Shown in pieces: positions 1 to 13,180 of a stretch of DNA of 64,000 bases. The DNA is from Laetmonice hystrix (taxonomy: Eukaryota). A program made the translations under genes and the position numbers. Location of the stretch: assembly GCA_965235115.1 (NCBI GenBank), contig OZ249445.1, forward strand, positions 4,278,001 through 4,342,000. The letters run 5' to 3'. A model generated the notes under the pieces. That model was not told where the DNA came from. It made no database searches and worked only from the letters and a program-made list of their open reading frames with translations. Each line of letters begins with the position of its first letter. Positions within the stretch are counted from its first letter, which is position 1.

Positions 1-797
1 CAACAAGTGACGGCGACACGTGTGGCTTGTCTGGCCAGGCCGAGTGGTGGGAATCGCCGGGGCTGGGAGAGGGCTCAGGCTGGGGTGGGTGGGGGTTGGG
101 GGTGGCAGTGTTTTTAGGAGACTCGGGGAGTTCACCTGTTGAGTTGGCGTGAGAAACACTCCGACTTGCCACTCAACTTTTTAAGGCTAGCAGATTATGC
201 AACAGGAGGGGAACCCCAGGAGAAGGCACCTACCCTACAACCGCATCTCATCCTCCTCCCTACTGAAGCAACCGGGCAGTTAGTCCCCAGGGGCCCTGGC
301 TTCTCACGGGGTTAATTGTAGCAATGTTCAAAAAGTGGTAACAAGGCTTAAAAACAAGCAGTAGTTTTTGCAATGAAGGCCTACAGTTTCCAATTAAATA
401 GCTGATGACATGGGTGGATCCAGGGATTCTTTTTTTTTAGAGGGGGGGGGGCATATTTAGGCCTAGGCCTAAAACACAAGATAAATATTTTCATAATTGG
501 ATGAAAAAGAAAGTAGGATGGTTAATCATGGGCTAGAATTTAGGGGGGGGGGGGGGGGGGGTAGATCAGTAGATCTACATGTATACAGCACCAGGGATCA
601 TGAGTATATTCTGAGGCAATGTCTATTGATACTTGGTAAGTTTATGAAAATGTGAGGTGTTGGGTTTCTGACAATCATCCACCAGCTGCACCTATATACT
701 TATATATACAGTAATTGGATATAAAAATATGTTTTTCAATTTGCATTCAATACTGTGTGGGTCAGCAGTTTTTCATGAAACCGTTCTTGATCCATAG

Positions 798-3700
798 GTC
801 AAAATCCTCTATGTAAGAAACCTGATGTTATCAACATCAGAGGAAGCTATCCGGGAGGCCTTCACCAAAGCTGTGGGCAAGGAGAACTGTGTTGAACGTG
901 TGAAGAAGATACGAGACTATGCCTTCGTTCACTTCCGAGAGAGAGAGCATGCAATTCAAGCAATGCACGGCCTTGATGGTGAGTCTGACACAGGGTTGGC
1001 AAAAACCCGGGTTTTCATATATTCATAATATTTTCATTCAAAAAGTGTACTAAATCAACACACTGGAACCCGTGAGTCTGGTGTGATTGTATCTTTGTAT
1101 AGAGTAGATAATTCCTGTCCTATACTCCAGACGGTCTGGAAACTCATGACTACACTGAATCAATACACTGGAATCAGTGAACCGGTATTTAAAGAGAGGG
1201 GTGCACCAGTGCCTTCCAGCTCCTCTGTGTATATACTGACTGCCTTGTCTAAACTTTACATGGCAGACGCCCAGTCAGTGTGTATGGGTACTTGACTGCA
1301 TAGCTATTCAGATACTGACCTATCAGTATGAAGCATAGAGACCATGTTTGGCAAATTTTTGCCATTTTTTGAGAATTGTAAATATGATTTTGTTCTTATT
1401 GCCCAGTATTGCCCACTTGGCTGATTTTAGGGATATTGCCTAGGGCATTATTATCTGACGGGTATTGCCCGGCCCACCCTAGTTTAACAAGGTTTGAGTA
1501 ATTTAGTATTCCGCCATCCAGGTACTAAATGTAATGAATTGGATGAGCCTATAATCTAAGGATTCCTCAGTGGGCCCTCAGTTAATCAAGTTTTCCCCTT
1601 TGTTAAACTGTGTTATCACCTAGAGTATAGACACAATATGCTGGACAAGAGTGTGTTCAAAGTTAGGGCCTATTTGAATGTTGCCTCCAACTTGCAGGTT
1701 CAATATTGGATGGGTCTCAAATCGAGGTGTGTTTAGCAAAGCCTGTTGACAAGAATGACTATGTGCGCTTCACACGGGGCACTGCAGGCAGAGGTCCTTT
1801 CGCTGGAGTACGTATGACTGATGGTCTTCTCAACGCTGACTTAAAAACAGGAGAAGTACTTGTGGAAGTGTGTATTACATTTATTATCAGTTTCGCCTAC
1901 ATGCATGCTGCAAGCTGTCTGGGTCGTGGTAGATGTGCTAGTGCTGGTGTACATGTATAGTCACAGGTTCATAGTCACTAATGGTTGGGGTGTAGGCTTT
2001 TTGGGGTTGGTTCGGTTTCCTGACATCTGATCCCACCTTGCTCGTAATGCTCCTCAGTGAATAGAGCGAAATACTAATGTGCATGCATAGATGTAGATTA
2101 GAACAAATTTCTGTACGTCTTCTCACCATTCAAATGATGTGATTTTGATATATCAAGGTGTCAATTGATTCAGCCTGGTGCCTAGGTCAGTAGATCTATC
2201 TATGTTCTCAGAATCATTTTGTTTCATTGCATGGGTTTTATTGCATTGTTCCCAGATCTATATGGCTAGCATTTAACTTATTCAATCATGGAAAATACTA
2301 ATTAATAGATAAACTGATCATAGAAAATCTTGGATTAAGTGCTATGATTTTCCCAGAGAATCCTATTTCTTATAAATGCTTACTTGAGTTGAAGACCAGA
2401 ATTTTCTATGAATAATAAGTGTTATACATTTATGACACTCTAGAGCTTGAGTTCCTGAGCTAGAATGGATAATTTCTTCATTTAGATTATGGCGAACTAT
2501 AGAATGTCCAGAGCTACAGACGGCTTTGCTGTGAAAAACCATAAATTTAAGTGGAATTACTGATAACTCACTTGTGTGTCAAGTTTGTGGAAACCTGTTA
2601 AAAGAGATCATAATAAAATGTGATTTTTGTATTATAAATGGAACTTTAAAATGAGTACTTTTAACTGATTTCAGAACTATGGTTACCCATATAGTGAATT
2701 GCCGGCCTATGCTGGTGCCTACTATCAACAGCTAGGAGTGGCTAATGCAGCAGCCATGGCAACAAGGTAGGCAGCACCCGCACTGATTATTTAGTGGAAG
2801 ATTAAAAACAAGGCAACAATCAACTAGTGGTCGTAAACTAATGTACAGAAGATGAGAAAAGCAGAAAATTTAACTTGGAGCTAAACACCTGAACGAGTCT
2901 AATCCACCCGATTTTGAGCAGTCAGTAACGTTTTGAATGACATTTTGTCTTTTGGATGAGAAGTTTCCAACCCCGGAACCAGGTTGGCCAGTTTTCGCAG
3001 ACTGTCGGACGTGGCAGCATCGTGAGGGGCCGTGGACGAGGGGCAGCAGGGATGAGGGGTGCTGGAGGTCGGGGATACCTGTCTGGGGTTCGCACTGGCT
3101 TCCGAAAACATCCTACAGAGGTGAGTGGTGGTTGACATTTCTGGATTGTATTATAAGTTTTTAATAAGTTTGTTAGTTGTCCTGCATCAGTAACTTGACC
3201 CTCATTATGTTCATGCGATGACCTGACATGAAACTGCTCCTCATTGGGCCTACTAGGTGATTGGGTGTGGACTGCATGACATTTTAGTTTATATTGAAGG
3301 AATCTTCCATCAGGTATTATGACAACATGTGGTGGATACCTTCATTCCTTGTAATTTGAGGTCCTGTTGCAGAAACGGGTTAAGAATGCTAGAAAATACA
3401 TCTACGAACAGTTTTTAGTTTCGTTTAATCTTGATATGTTGAAGTATAGATTTATCAATATTTAGATACAGATCTATAAAATATGCAACAGGGCCAAGAA
3501 TCTTAGGTTTCTTAATGCATCTTCATGAATAAACCTAATTATCTATTAAATGGCATGCTTTTTTTCTTAACTAGAAAGAATGTCCTGCCTAAATGAAGGC
3601 CGAGTATTTAGGTTTGTTGGTCCTTCTTTTGTACGGTTAAGATTCGTCTAGGCCTACTTCTGATTTGTATTTCAAATATGTGGGGCATAAAATGATAGGG

Positions 3701-6700
3701 CTGAAAAAAACTAGCTTGAATTTGAAACTGGATGAGAATTTCCCAGTCATGAAATAAATTGCATGTTGATGACTTAAACATTGATTCAAAGAGAGTATGA
3801 TTTATTATGCATGACTCTGAACTCTCCAATGGAGGACTACATTATTTTGTTGAAACCTATATCATTAGGGATATTTTGAGATAGATAGTCATTAGTAATT
3901 AACCAAAAACATATGCAGAACTCAAGAATCAACAACAAAGGATCAGTTGAGAAATTTTGCTGTCACAAGTATGGTTTACCTTGTGAACAGGAAGTTACAT
4001 TTCCACGTGTGAAGAACTGATTTGAGCTCAAACATTATAGGAAGGGGTTTCCACGTGTACATATTGGCATTACCAGGTCATCCATGTCACATAAAGAATG
4101 GTGGGGTAAGATCGGCGTTTGATTCAAGATGACGAGTCAACTCTCTCTTATTAATTATTCCCAATGTACATATAATTTATTTACAAATGCACCATGATAT
4201 ATTTTTCCCCCTGAAAAGAAGATCAGATTCTATGGAAATACACACCAATAAAACAAAACAATTATTGATAGCATTACATCTACCAGTAATATTTTGACCC
4301 AAAAAATCTGGTAATCCTCTACATTCTTTACATGAATTATTGAACCCATGGACAAATAATTTTGCAGCAGATGCAACAATCTCACAATTGCTAACCATTT
4401 CAGAATTTGTCTCTGCGTAAAAGGGCAAGTATTGCTGTAGCTCTGTGTGAAAATCACCAATTAGCCCATCTGGCGCTGATTTTCTTTGTGTAATTGCAAT
4501 ATTACAGAAGAATACAGCCTATGTCGATGATTAGTATTGATGTGTTGCATACAAAACATGACTGGACGGTTCTGCAGCACTGTAACTGGCTTTGATTTAT
4601 TGTGATTTGTGTGATTGTGTACTAGGCATCTGGTGATTATAATAGAACTTGCATGGCATGTGGCAACAATTTCAAATGGCCCCTACTTAACAATTTTTTG
4701 CATGAAAATCTGAGGTAGTTGCTGATAGTGTTGTAGACTGTACTACACCTTGTCCCTGTTTGTGCTGTGATCGTGCATGTAGCCAACAGAAATGAGATTG
4801 TGTACCGCTTAAAAGTGTCCCTGCAGCTAAGCCTTGTAACCTGTGCATACAAACCACCAGAGTGATAGTGTAAGGTCTCTCAGGATAAGAAGAACATGTT
4901 TAGGCCTACATGAGATAGCTTATCATCGCCGCTATAGAGTCCCAATTCATCATTACAACCAGTATCTGACTATCGTTGGTATTTGAAAATCTTGGAACAG
5001 AGGTTGAATATACATAAATCGTCCTAGTAGCACATGTCTGTAGGTAAATAGGAAAATACCTTGCCAGTTCCTTTTTCCCGTGAGAGGAGGTCCCCTTGCA
5101 TAATATTCCATACCGGTATGCCTGTAGTGGTCACTAAGTAATTTTGTGCAAAATACGAAATGTCCCCGCTGGTTATGTTGGGAATGCATTATTCATAGAT
5201 CTGGCTAAAGGTCAATTTAGAAGAAATTGAGACATTCTGTGTGATTATAGGAGAACACCCAGTGGGTTAATGCGGACTGCCTCCTGCAAACAATGTGAAT
5301 TAATTCTGGGTCAACTGTTTGCCAGATTAGTCATGTTCTGCTGGGGTCATGCATTTAAAGTTGAGAATTGACTATATTCTGTGAAACAACAAGGTGTTAG
5401 AGCCATGTATCACAGTCCAGTGAGACGTGCTATATTGTCAGGACGGTCAGCTAGGCCAGGGTTTTGTCGATATGTGTACAAGGGCATGTTGGGGTTTACT
5501 AGACTAATGTTTACCCACTGGACCCTGCAGTGAGGTGGGATTAATGTCATCAGGCACCACGGAGCAAGGGTCCAAGGTCCATGCCTGGAATCATTGATTG
5601 TCCAGAGATTTAGTACTTCAGGAGTATGGCCAGACATGTGCTTATATAATGAGTATTCGGTTCAGTTATCTCTATATTGTCAATCTTTTTGGTGGTTGAG
5701 ATATTGAGATTTAGCCATTACCCATTCCTTTAAAAATATTTCAGCCCATATGCAGTGATAGAGAGGATGATTTCAGTGAGCAAATAATAGAGCTATGAGC
5801 ATCGTAACAAGGAATATGAGTAAAATAACAAATGTTCAAGTTATCTGATGAATGATGGCGAGGACAACGGGCCGCAATGTTTGACAGAGGAGTATAGATC
5901 CAGAAGAAGGGTGATGTACGCACAATGTGATTGTAGTAGGAGTAAGGTCTGCTTCATTGACATGCTGGTGGTCGTATTGTTTCAGGAGCGGCTCTTTGAC
6001 CTGCTGCCTGACATGGTGCTCACCCCTACTAACCCTATCACACTCAAACCACAGTCCAAATCTCGAGTGCAGGTACTGTATGACATGCCCAGCATGTTCC
6101 ATCTTACCTCTCCTCCGCCAACACCCAGCCGACACCAGCCGCTCGCTCCCCCCGCACCGACTGCCTCCAGCCTCAGGCCACTGCACGGCCAACGTTCGTC
6201 GGAGAATGGCGATTTTCAGTGTATTGTGAACACTTAATTTGTGGATGATCGTGCTTCATTGTGAATAATCTCTATGTGTCGATAAGAAGTCAATCCAGAT
6301 CTTACCGTAATTCCATTCAGATGCTACCATTCTATTTGATTATTGCCATACTAGTGACCCATTTCTTACATAATAGATTATAATTTTAAAGAAACGTAAT
6401 GCAAAAGGGAGTGCAGCCACCCATCAAGGGTGTTGTGATAAACTCTTGATCTCGTGGTGTTGGTGAGGAAAGGTAGAGGAGAAGATCCACCTTTATTGTA
6501 TAATAGTATGTGACAGAGCTATACTAACCCACTAACAGTATCACTGCAAGCCTTTTACTTATAAATTCATACCCTTTAATTTAATTCGGACTAGTTTTTA
6601 AAAAGCAGAGACTATCAGGATCGGCATTGTACAGATCAAAGACAGTGCTGATTTTGGTCGGAATTGTATTCACGCCAAGGACTGTCAAATTTAGTGGTCT

Positions 6701-9700
6701 AGATTTTTTTATTAATTGATTAAATGTAAGCTATCTCTCAACTGTACTTTGGCAGGCAGCAAGTCAGCCAGGCTAGAACATGCCGCTATTTATCATAGGA
6801 ACCTTGGTTGTTGCTCAGATTGAAGTCTGACTCGGTGAGGGGCAATATAGTGCATTAGCACCCCTGTGTGATGTTTGATGTGTCCGTTTGGTGGGGGCCG
6901 CTCGGTCGGTCGCTGCCGTCGGCCGGCCGGCGGCCCTCAGTGGTCACGGTCAGGCCTAGGCCCAGGCCCAGGCTCAGGCCCAGGCCCAGGCCCAGGCCCA
7001 GGCCTGAGCTCAAGTTGCCCACCCACGCTCACCATACCTACCTCTATGTCACCCACCTAGATCCTGGAGGAGTACTGTCAAAAACATGGACTAGGCACAC
7101 CCATCTACCAACTCCAGTCTACTTTTGGCGGAGACGTCCAGCTCTTCCTCTATAAGGTGAGACAATTATTGTTTCTCTGACACCACATGATTTTAAAGAT
7201 GGTTGGACAGCAAGCCCAGGGAGGGTGGGGCCGGCGATGCCTCTCCCAACGTGTGGGGTTGTGTGTAGCTATAGGGTTTCACCCCACCCTGCCCAGCTGG
7301 TACCCCAATTGACCCAGGCGTAAACCAGCCTGTACTGGCTCCCTTACCCAGCTCATAAATTTTACATCGTTTTGTTTACAGAGCCAATTAAAATGTTAAT
7401 CAAGACAGAAATACATTAACTGGAACACCGACTAGCCATTGTTGCCATGACAACTACATGTTGTGCATGGTCTGTTCATGCTGGAAGAGTTTGTGCCAAG
7501 TTCAGGGAACTTTTATCGTGTTTAAAAGATTTGATCACTGGGGATGTCAAGATTTGAAAACTATATTATTAGTTATTGGAACAATAAAGCTGGTGGTGTA
7601 ATGAAGGTCTGTAGGATGACCCGAGGGTTTTGATCTTGGGGAGAGGTAACAACAGTTTTTGATCTTTAAGATGTAGGCTTGTCGGAAAGTTGTGTGAAAA
7701 GTAGCTGCTGTAGAAACACCATCATAACTCTTAGGAGGCACAGGTTCTCCGACGGGGTCTGGTTAGTAAACGTTTTTCAGAAAGCGTTCCCTGAGTGATG
7801 TGTAAATTTGCTGCCTGTTTTCTCCAGTGTTTTTAGATGTCCCCTTTATACGTTCTCCCTGCTGCAGGTGTCGGTACCGGCCCTTGCCAGTCAGTTCCCC
7901 AACCAGTTCCAGCCCAGTAAGCTGTGCCGGTCGGTGGAGGAAGCCAAGCAGTACGCCGCCGAACATGTCCTCACCCAGCTCGGGGTACCTATGGATGCAG
8001 GTAGGTAGATCTCGGCCATTACAAGTTGCAACCTGATTGAGGAAGCTTCTAGCAACCGCAACAGTCGGCTTCAATTCCAGGGTGGCAGGTTAAGTCTACA
8101 TGCAGGGACATTAGATTTCCATGTAGAGAGCAACAAGTTCAACCCCAGGCTTATTGAGTTTCACCCTTTATTAAGCTTTAGTCGACTTATTAGTAAAGTA
8201 TACCAGAAGTGCAGATTTATCTTCATGTTTTTTGCCAATCATTCCATTAATTAATAAAAAGGTTGTCTGGTGTAAACATTTACGGACTCCTTGCAGGTGA
8301 ATGCTGCAGTAACTGTATTGTCCCGAATCTTTAGCAAAATATCCTAGACCATGAGCACGTCTTTGCATGTGGGTTGGGACGTCTGGGACAAGCAGGACTG
8401 TATGTGATCTCAGTGTTTGGAGCCAACAGCTGTATATTGGGACAGTAGGGGCAGCCAGCACTGGAGGGTAACCTGTATGTTGGGACAGTAGGGGCAGGCA
8501 ACACTGGAGGATAAAAAAACTGTATATTGGGACAGTAGGGGCAGGCAACACTGGAGGATAAAAAACTGTATATTGGGACAGTAGGGGCAGGCAACACTGG
8601 AGGATAAACTGTATATTGGGACAGTAGGGGCAGGCAACACTGGAGGATAAACTGTATATTGGGACAGTAGGGGCAGGCAACACTGGAGGATAAAAAACTG
8701 TATATTGGGACAGTAGGGGCAGGCAACACTGGAGGATAAAAAACTGTATATTGGGACAGTAGGGGCAGACAACACTGGAGGATAAAAAACTGTATATTGG
8801 GACAGTAGGGGCAGGCAGTGTCATGTATTAATCCAATGAACGATGACTGGACACTTTCGGCACGATTTAGCACTGAGTAAGGACTCTATGGTAAGAATGA
8901 ACTATGTGTTGGGACACTCTAGGGACAGTGCAGTTAGAACTTAAGTTAAACTATGTTAGGATACTAGGGAATGGGCACTACTGTAGTGGGACGATCTGTA
9001 CTGAAGGTCCACGGTTTTAGGCTTGATACCACCTCAGATAATAGAATCCGGTGATATAAGCTGAGGGTTGTTATCAGGGGATGTAGTACCATTATCAGGG
9101 GATGTAGTACCATTATCAGGGGATGTAGTACCGGTAGTGAACCTCATGGTTACAGTAGGAGCATGTGACACCTGGTCAGAGTCTACAACACGTGACAGTC
9201 TCTTACGGGAGACAATCAGGGCTTACAATTGGCGAAAAAAAACCCGCAAAAATAAGAAGAAAAGTAAATGGTGTAATCGGGAAATTTTAGGTTGGTTTTA
9301 TAGTGTTAGAAGAAAAAATCGAAAGAAACTGGAGTTAGTATTGTAAGGTTCTGCTTTAGAGTTGTAAAAGTGAAACAAATAATGATGCATTAGTGTTTAT
9401 GGAGATGTACGAAGAGGAATATCACATGGTGCAATGGTTGTGAAGCTCCGTATGAGTGAAACCACACTGGTACCGTACTTGATAAACATGCTGGCTAGGG
9501 TGCTGGTGATTGTTGACCAAGCACTCCAGGCAGCTATTTCATGGGCAGGAGGCCAAAGTCCACTGTGTCAGTGCTGTCCTAACTAAGGTATGCCCAGACG
9601 ATTGGCATCCAACTAGAAACAATCGCTGCTCCCAACACGGCCAGCTTATGTTATCGACAGGTTGGAACAGGCTTTCACTCCAACATGTCCTTTCACCTCT

Positions 9701-12700
9701 CCGAGTTTCATTGTTCATAGTTTTCGTACAAGTATCTTGCCTCATTCTATGGGCGTATATTTTAATAAATGTTACTTGTTACCGTCGTTGGAAATTCCTC
9801 AATTGTATCTGAAATGATTTCATAATATGGTAGGTGGGGGATATTCTACAGCCACCTGTATCTGCACGTACCGGTGACTTAGAAAATTATCTCCAGAATC
9901 GGCAATATCTTGATTCTTGAGTGCAGTAGTAAGAGAGTTATCCATATGAGGACATTTCCCCCCGAACATAGAAAGATAACTAACTGAATTTGCTCGGTAG
10001 TTTTGGGATCCATGTCGCAAAAGATTTCAGTTTTCACACTGGTGATTGAAAATTTGAGGATTTTTTTTTCACTACTGAGTGAGGATTAACAATGTCACTG
10101 AATTTATGTGACATATATTTTTAGTGCTTCTGACATTTCCTTATCTCTAGATCTCTGAAATAATGAAAATCTGTTTGATTGGAATGAATTGAGAGAATCG
10201 GGTGAGGAACTAACTTATCGGCCACTTTTCACTTCTAAAGTCAGAAAATGTTGGTGAATCCAGACAGGATTCTGTTGGGTCTGGAAGTGGTAAAATAAAG
10301 GCTCGGATACATCCCTTGGACCGCCCTTTGGAATGATCTCGACACCTCACGTGGAGTGGACATCCACCGAGAGGACAGGGTCCAGAACTTGACCCACCTG
10401 GTTATGACATAAAACAGGTGCACACCGGCAGGAAGGTGACGTTATCGGGGGTATTTGACTATCACGCTGACCCTTTGGTAGGACTAGGGAGTGGTGGTGA
10501 TCGAGGTGGTAGGATATCTGTGTGATCACCAGGTAAACGATACTAGCACTGATCAGTACGGCACACACCGGCACGTACCGACAATCGTGGCAGGTTCTAA
10601 CATGTCGGATCCGAAACTGCGCCGTCAGAAAGCATTAAATAACACTTCAGTTTGTTGGTGCAGCAACAGGAACACTTTCTCTGCTCAGTTTGTCGCGCTA
10701 ACCGACAATACATCTAGAAATGTAAAGACTTCCAGTGGGAAGACATTCATATAAATCTAGATTGCTAGGAAGGGAGAGCCTTTTTGTATGATTTATCATT
10801 TATTCAAGTTAATTCTCGAATGCCCTGTGTCCACGTTTGATGCCATGCCAATCGCTGAGGTCCGAAATGTTAGATGGATGGGTCAGAGATTCTGGACTGA
10901 CAGGTCCGCAGGGCTTGAGGTGATGCCATGTGGGATACACATCATGATGACCCATCGGAAGGTGATTCTAAGCCAGGCGGAAGAGGCTGAGGTCATAAAC
11001 CACTAAACCCGCACGGCCCCAGAGCGCCGCCGTCTGAGCATGGAGCAGTGGGGTAGGCTGTCGACCCCGTGAAGGTGGTGCATGGGGTCGTTCCCCTCAG
11101 GTTGGGTCACGGGGTCAGGGTTGGAGTTGTTAGCCCGCTGTTGATATACCCATAAAGTGGACGTTTGTGAAACTTTATGAGGAATTCATACCCTCCGCTG
11201 CTCAGACCAAAGTGATCCAGCGATAGGGCTGTCAACTAGACGAACGTTCTTCATGTTGTCTTTGTTTGTGTAAGGTCGTCAGTCATCACAAGAGGTTCAT
11301 GAAGCTTTTCGACATAATTTCAGATGTGTCTCGACCTGGATCTAACGCCTTTGTATGACTTGGACAAACGTATAATGTGTGGAAAGCAAACACTTGCACC
11401 AGAAACGCTAGTCTAGCAAATTGTCCTAGAGCTGTTTCTATATTTACCTATATATTTATGAGGGGCTTTTAGAGCAGGTCGGTTAAATAATATCTCTTGG
11501 GAACAAACACAGTGAATAAAGGTATGTTTGTGTCCAAGCAGAAGAGTGGCAGACAAAGTCTTGATGGCATGATCCTGATGAGGTCATAAGATTATAAACG
11601 CCATAACGTCTGTAGTACGAGTGACCCTCCGCACCGGCCCCTGGCGCCCCCTGGGGTGTCTCCGGCTCCCAGCCTGCCGAGTGATCCGTCCAATGGTTTT
11701 GCAACTCTCTTGGGATTACATTGGGCAAGGCGATAGCTGCAGCGGTGATGGGTGTCCAGTGCACTAACAATAAAATGGGACCACAGATTTCTTTGTTGTG
11801 TAAAAATCAGTTGATGTAGCTCCCAGAAAGTTATGCCGTAATTTTATCCTATGAACCCCCCCCCCCCCGCCCACGTGTACAGTAAGTTAAATTCCGCTGC
11901 TTTTGCTCAGTAAAGTTCTATGTGTGCATTGATTGACTGTTTGACATTGACGTTTAAACAGATGCCATTTGATCGACAACTACAGAGACACCATCCGTTA
12001 CCTTACTAGTACTCTAGCCAGCTTATTCACATATAATAATTCCAGTATGATTCCCTTCACCATTCAGAAGTATCAAGTTCACAGGACCTTGAAAGTGGCA
12101 CCTAAATTTCCATTTGAATGAATGAAGACCTTTGGTACTAGATACTGGACATCAGATCTTTATCAAATCCATAGATGTTTGGCTGATTGGGTTTTGATAG
12201 GTCTGATAGCAGATAGCAGCACCGCCAAGGCCAAGTGGTCAAGGCAAGCAGTGCGCGTAGCTTGTATACGACAATAAGAGCTGGTTAATGAGGTGGTGTT
12301 GGCTTCTTTCTCTCCCTCTCACTCCACAGGTGGTGACGGTGGCCCAGTCCCGGTGGCCGCCAGCCCACCCGCCACCATGGGTTATGCGGTGCCCACCCAG
12401 TCCACAGGCCGAGCCCTCTACCCCATGGCGAATGGCGGGGCCGCTGCCGTCGCTGCCACAGGTGTTCCCGGTTATGCCACCACCCTGAGCAGCGCCATGC
12501 CTGTTGTTACAACCTCCTATGTCATCAGTCCCCAGAAGATGGCGCACCCTGTCTCGCAACGTAAGAACGCGCTTTACGTCCTTAGTAAATTAAGAGTGCC
12601 CCAAAATGGCTTGTCGTTTTAGTCTGCACCTATTTATAAAACAGTGACGTAGTCTACATTACCTTTAAATGCTTTAATCTTGTACGTACGATTATAAGAA

Positions 12701-13180
12701 ATATTGATTGACTGTTTTTGAGGGGTGGTATTTTTTTTTGTTTTATTGAGCATCTTTATACCTTTTAAGTACATAGTTGTAAGTTCGAGCATTTTGATTG
12801 CTTTACCATGCCTGCTTTAAAGATGTTCCTTTCCCAACTTGTGGTTTTTGTCTAATCTCTTTGTAAGGATTTCATTATTAAACCCAAAGTAGAAAATATA
12901 ATTATACGTTTACTGAAATGGGAAAAGTAACTGTTTGCTTCCCGTTCAATTTCGTCATTAACATAGATGTTTGACTTGGGACCGCTGAAAGTAACTGGTT
13001 CATTGATGTGTACTAAGTATTTGCTTTATGGGCAGGGATAGCATTTGGTGGGGAGCGGTGCCGGACTCTTACCGTTGTCATTTGACGGTTTCAGCCCACG
13101 GTCACGGCGACATGGGAGCGTTTGAAGCCGGATTCCCAGCCTTCGCGCAGGCGCCAGTCGCCTACACTCAGTACCACTAG
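798..13180 (+). CDS. A1CF: APOBEC1 complementation factor-like RNA-binding protein, 5'-partial (RRM3, RG-rich region, dsRBD-like domain)
   Basis: Phase-consistent GT-AG exons 798-978, 1698-1807, 2675-2766, 2964-3120 (tandem acceptor also at 2961), 5986-6072, 7061-7156, 7868-8000, 12330-12560, 13095-13180. Translation includes [135 protein letters not shown], all closely matching A1CF as I recall it. Last exon is the least certain. Confidence 0.9.
6954..7006 (+). repeat. (CCAGGC)n hexamer repeat, about 8 imperfect copies
   Basis: ggcctagggcccaggcccaggctcaggcccaggcccaggcccaggcccaggcctgag read directly. Confidence 0.85.
8430..8817. repeat. Minisatellite, 42-46 bp unit, about 8.5 copies, in A1CF intron
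   Basis: Unit ctgtatattgggacagtaggggcaggcaacactggaggata(a)n; length varies only in the A-run. It explains the long minus-strand ORFs at 8171-8873. Confidence 0.95.
9071..9132. repeat. 21-bp tandem repeat x3
   Basis: ttatcaggggatgtagtacca repeated three times. Confidence 0.9.

Noticed and set aside
8171-8873. Repetitive Cys/Pro-rich ORFs
   Set aside because: Translations of the 42-46 bp minisatellite.
10944-10990. C-box ATGATGA and D-box CTGA in an A1CF intron
   Set aside because: Too short for a C/D snoRNA, weak terminal stem, no guide recognised.
10885-11700. Similar peptides on opposite strands ([10 protein letters not shown] and [10 protein letters not shown])
   Set aside because: Only 9-10 residues with no extension; plausible by chance given six-frame comparisons.
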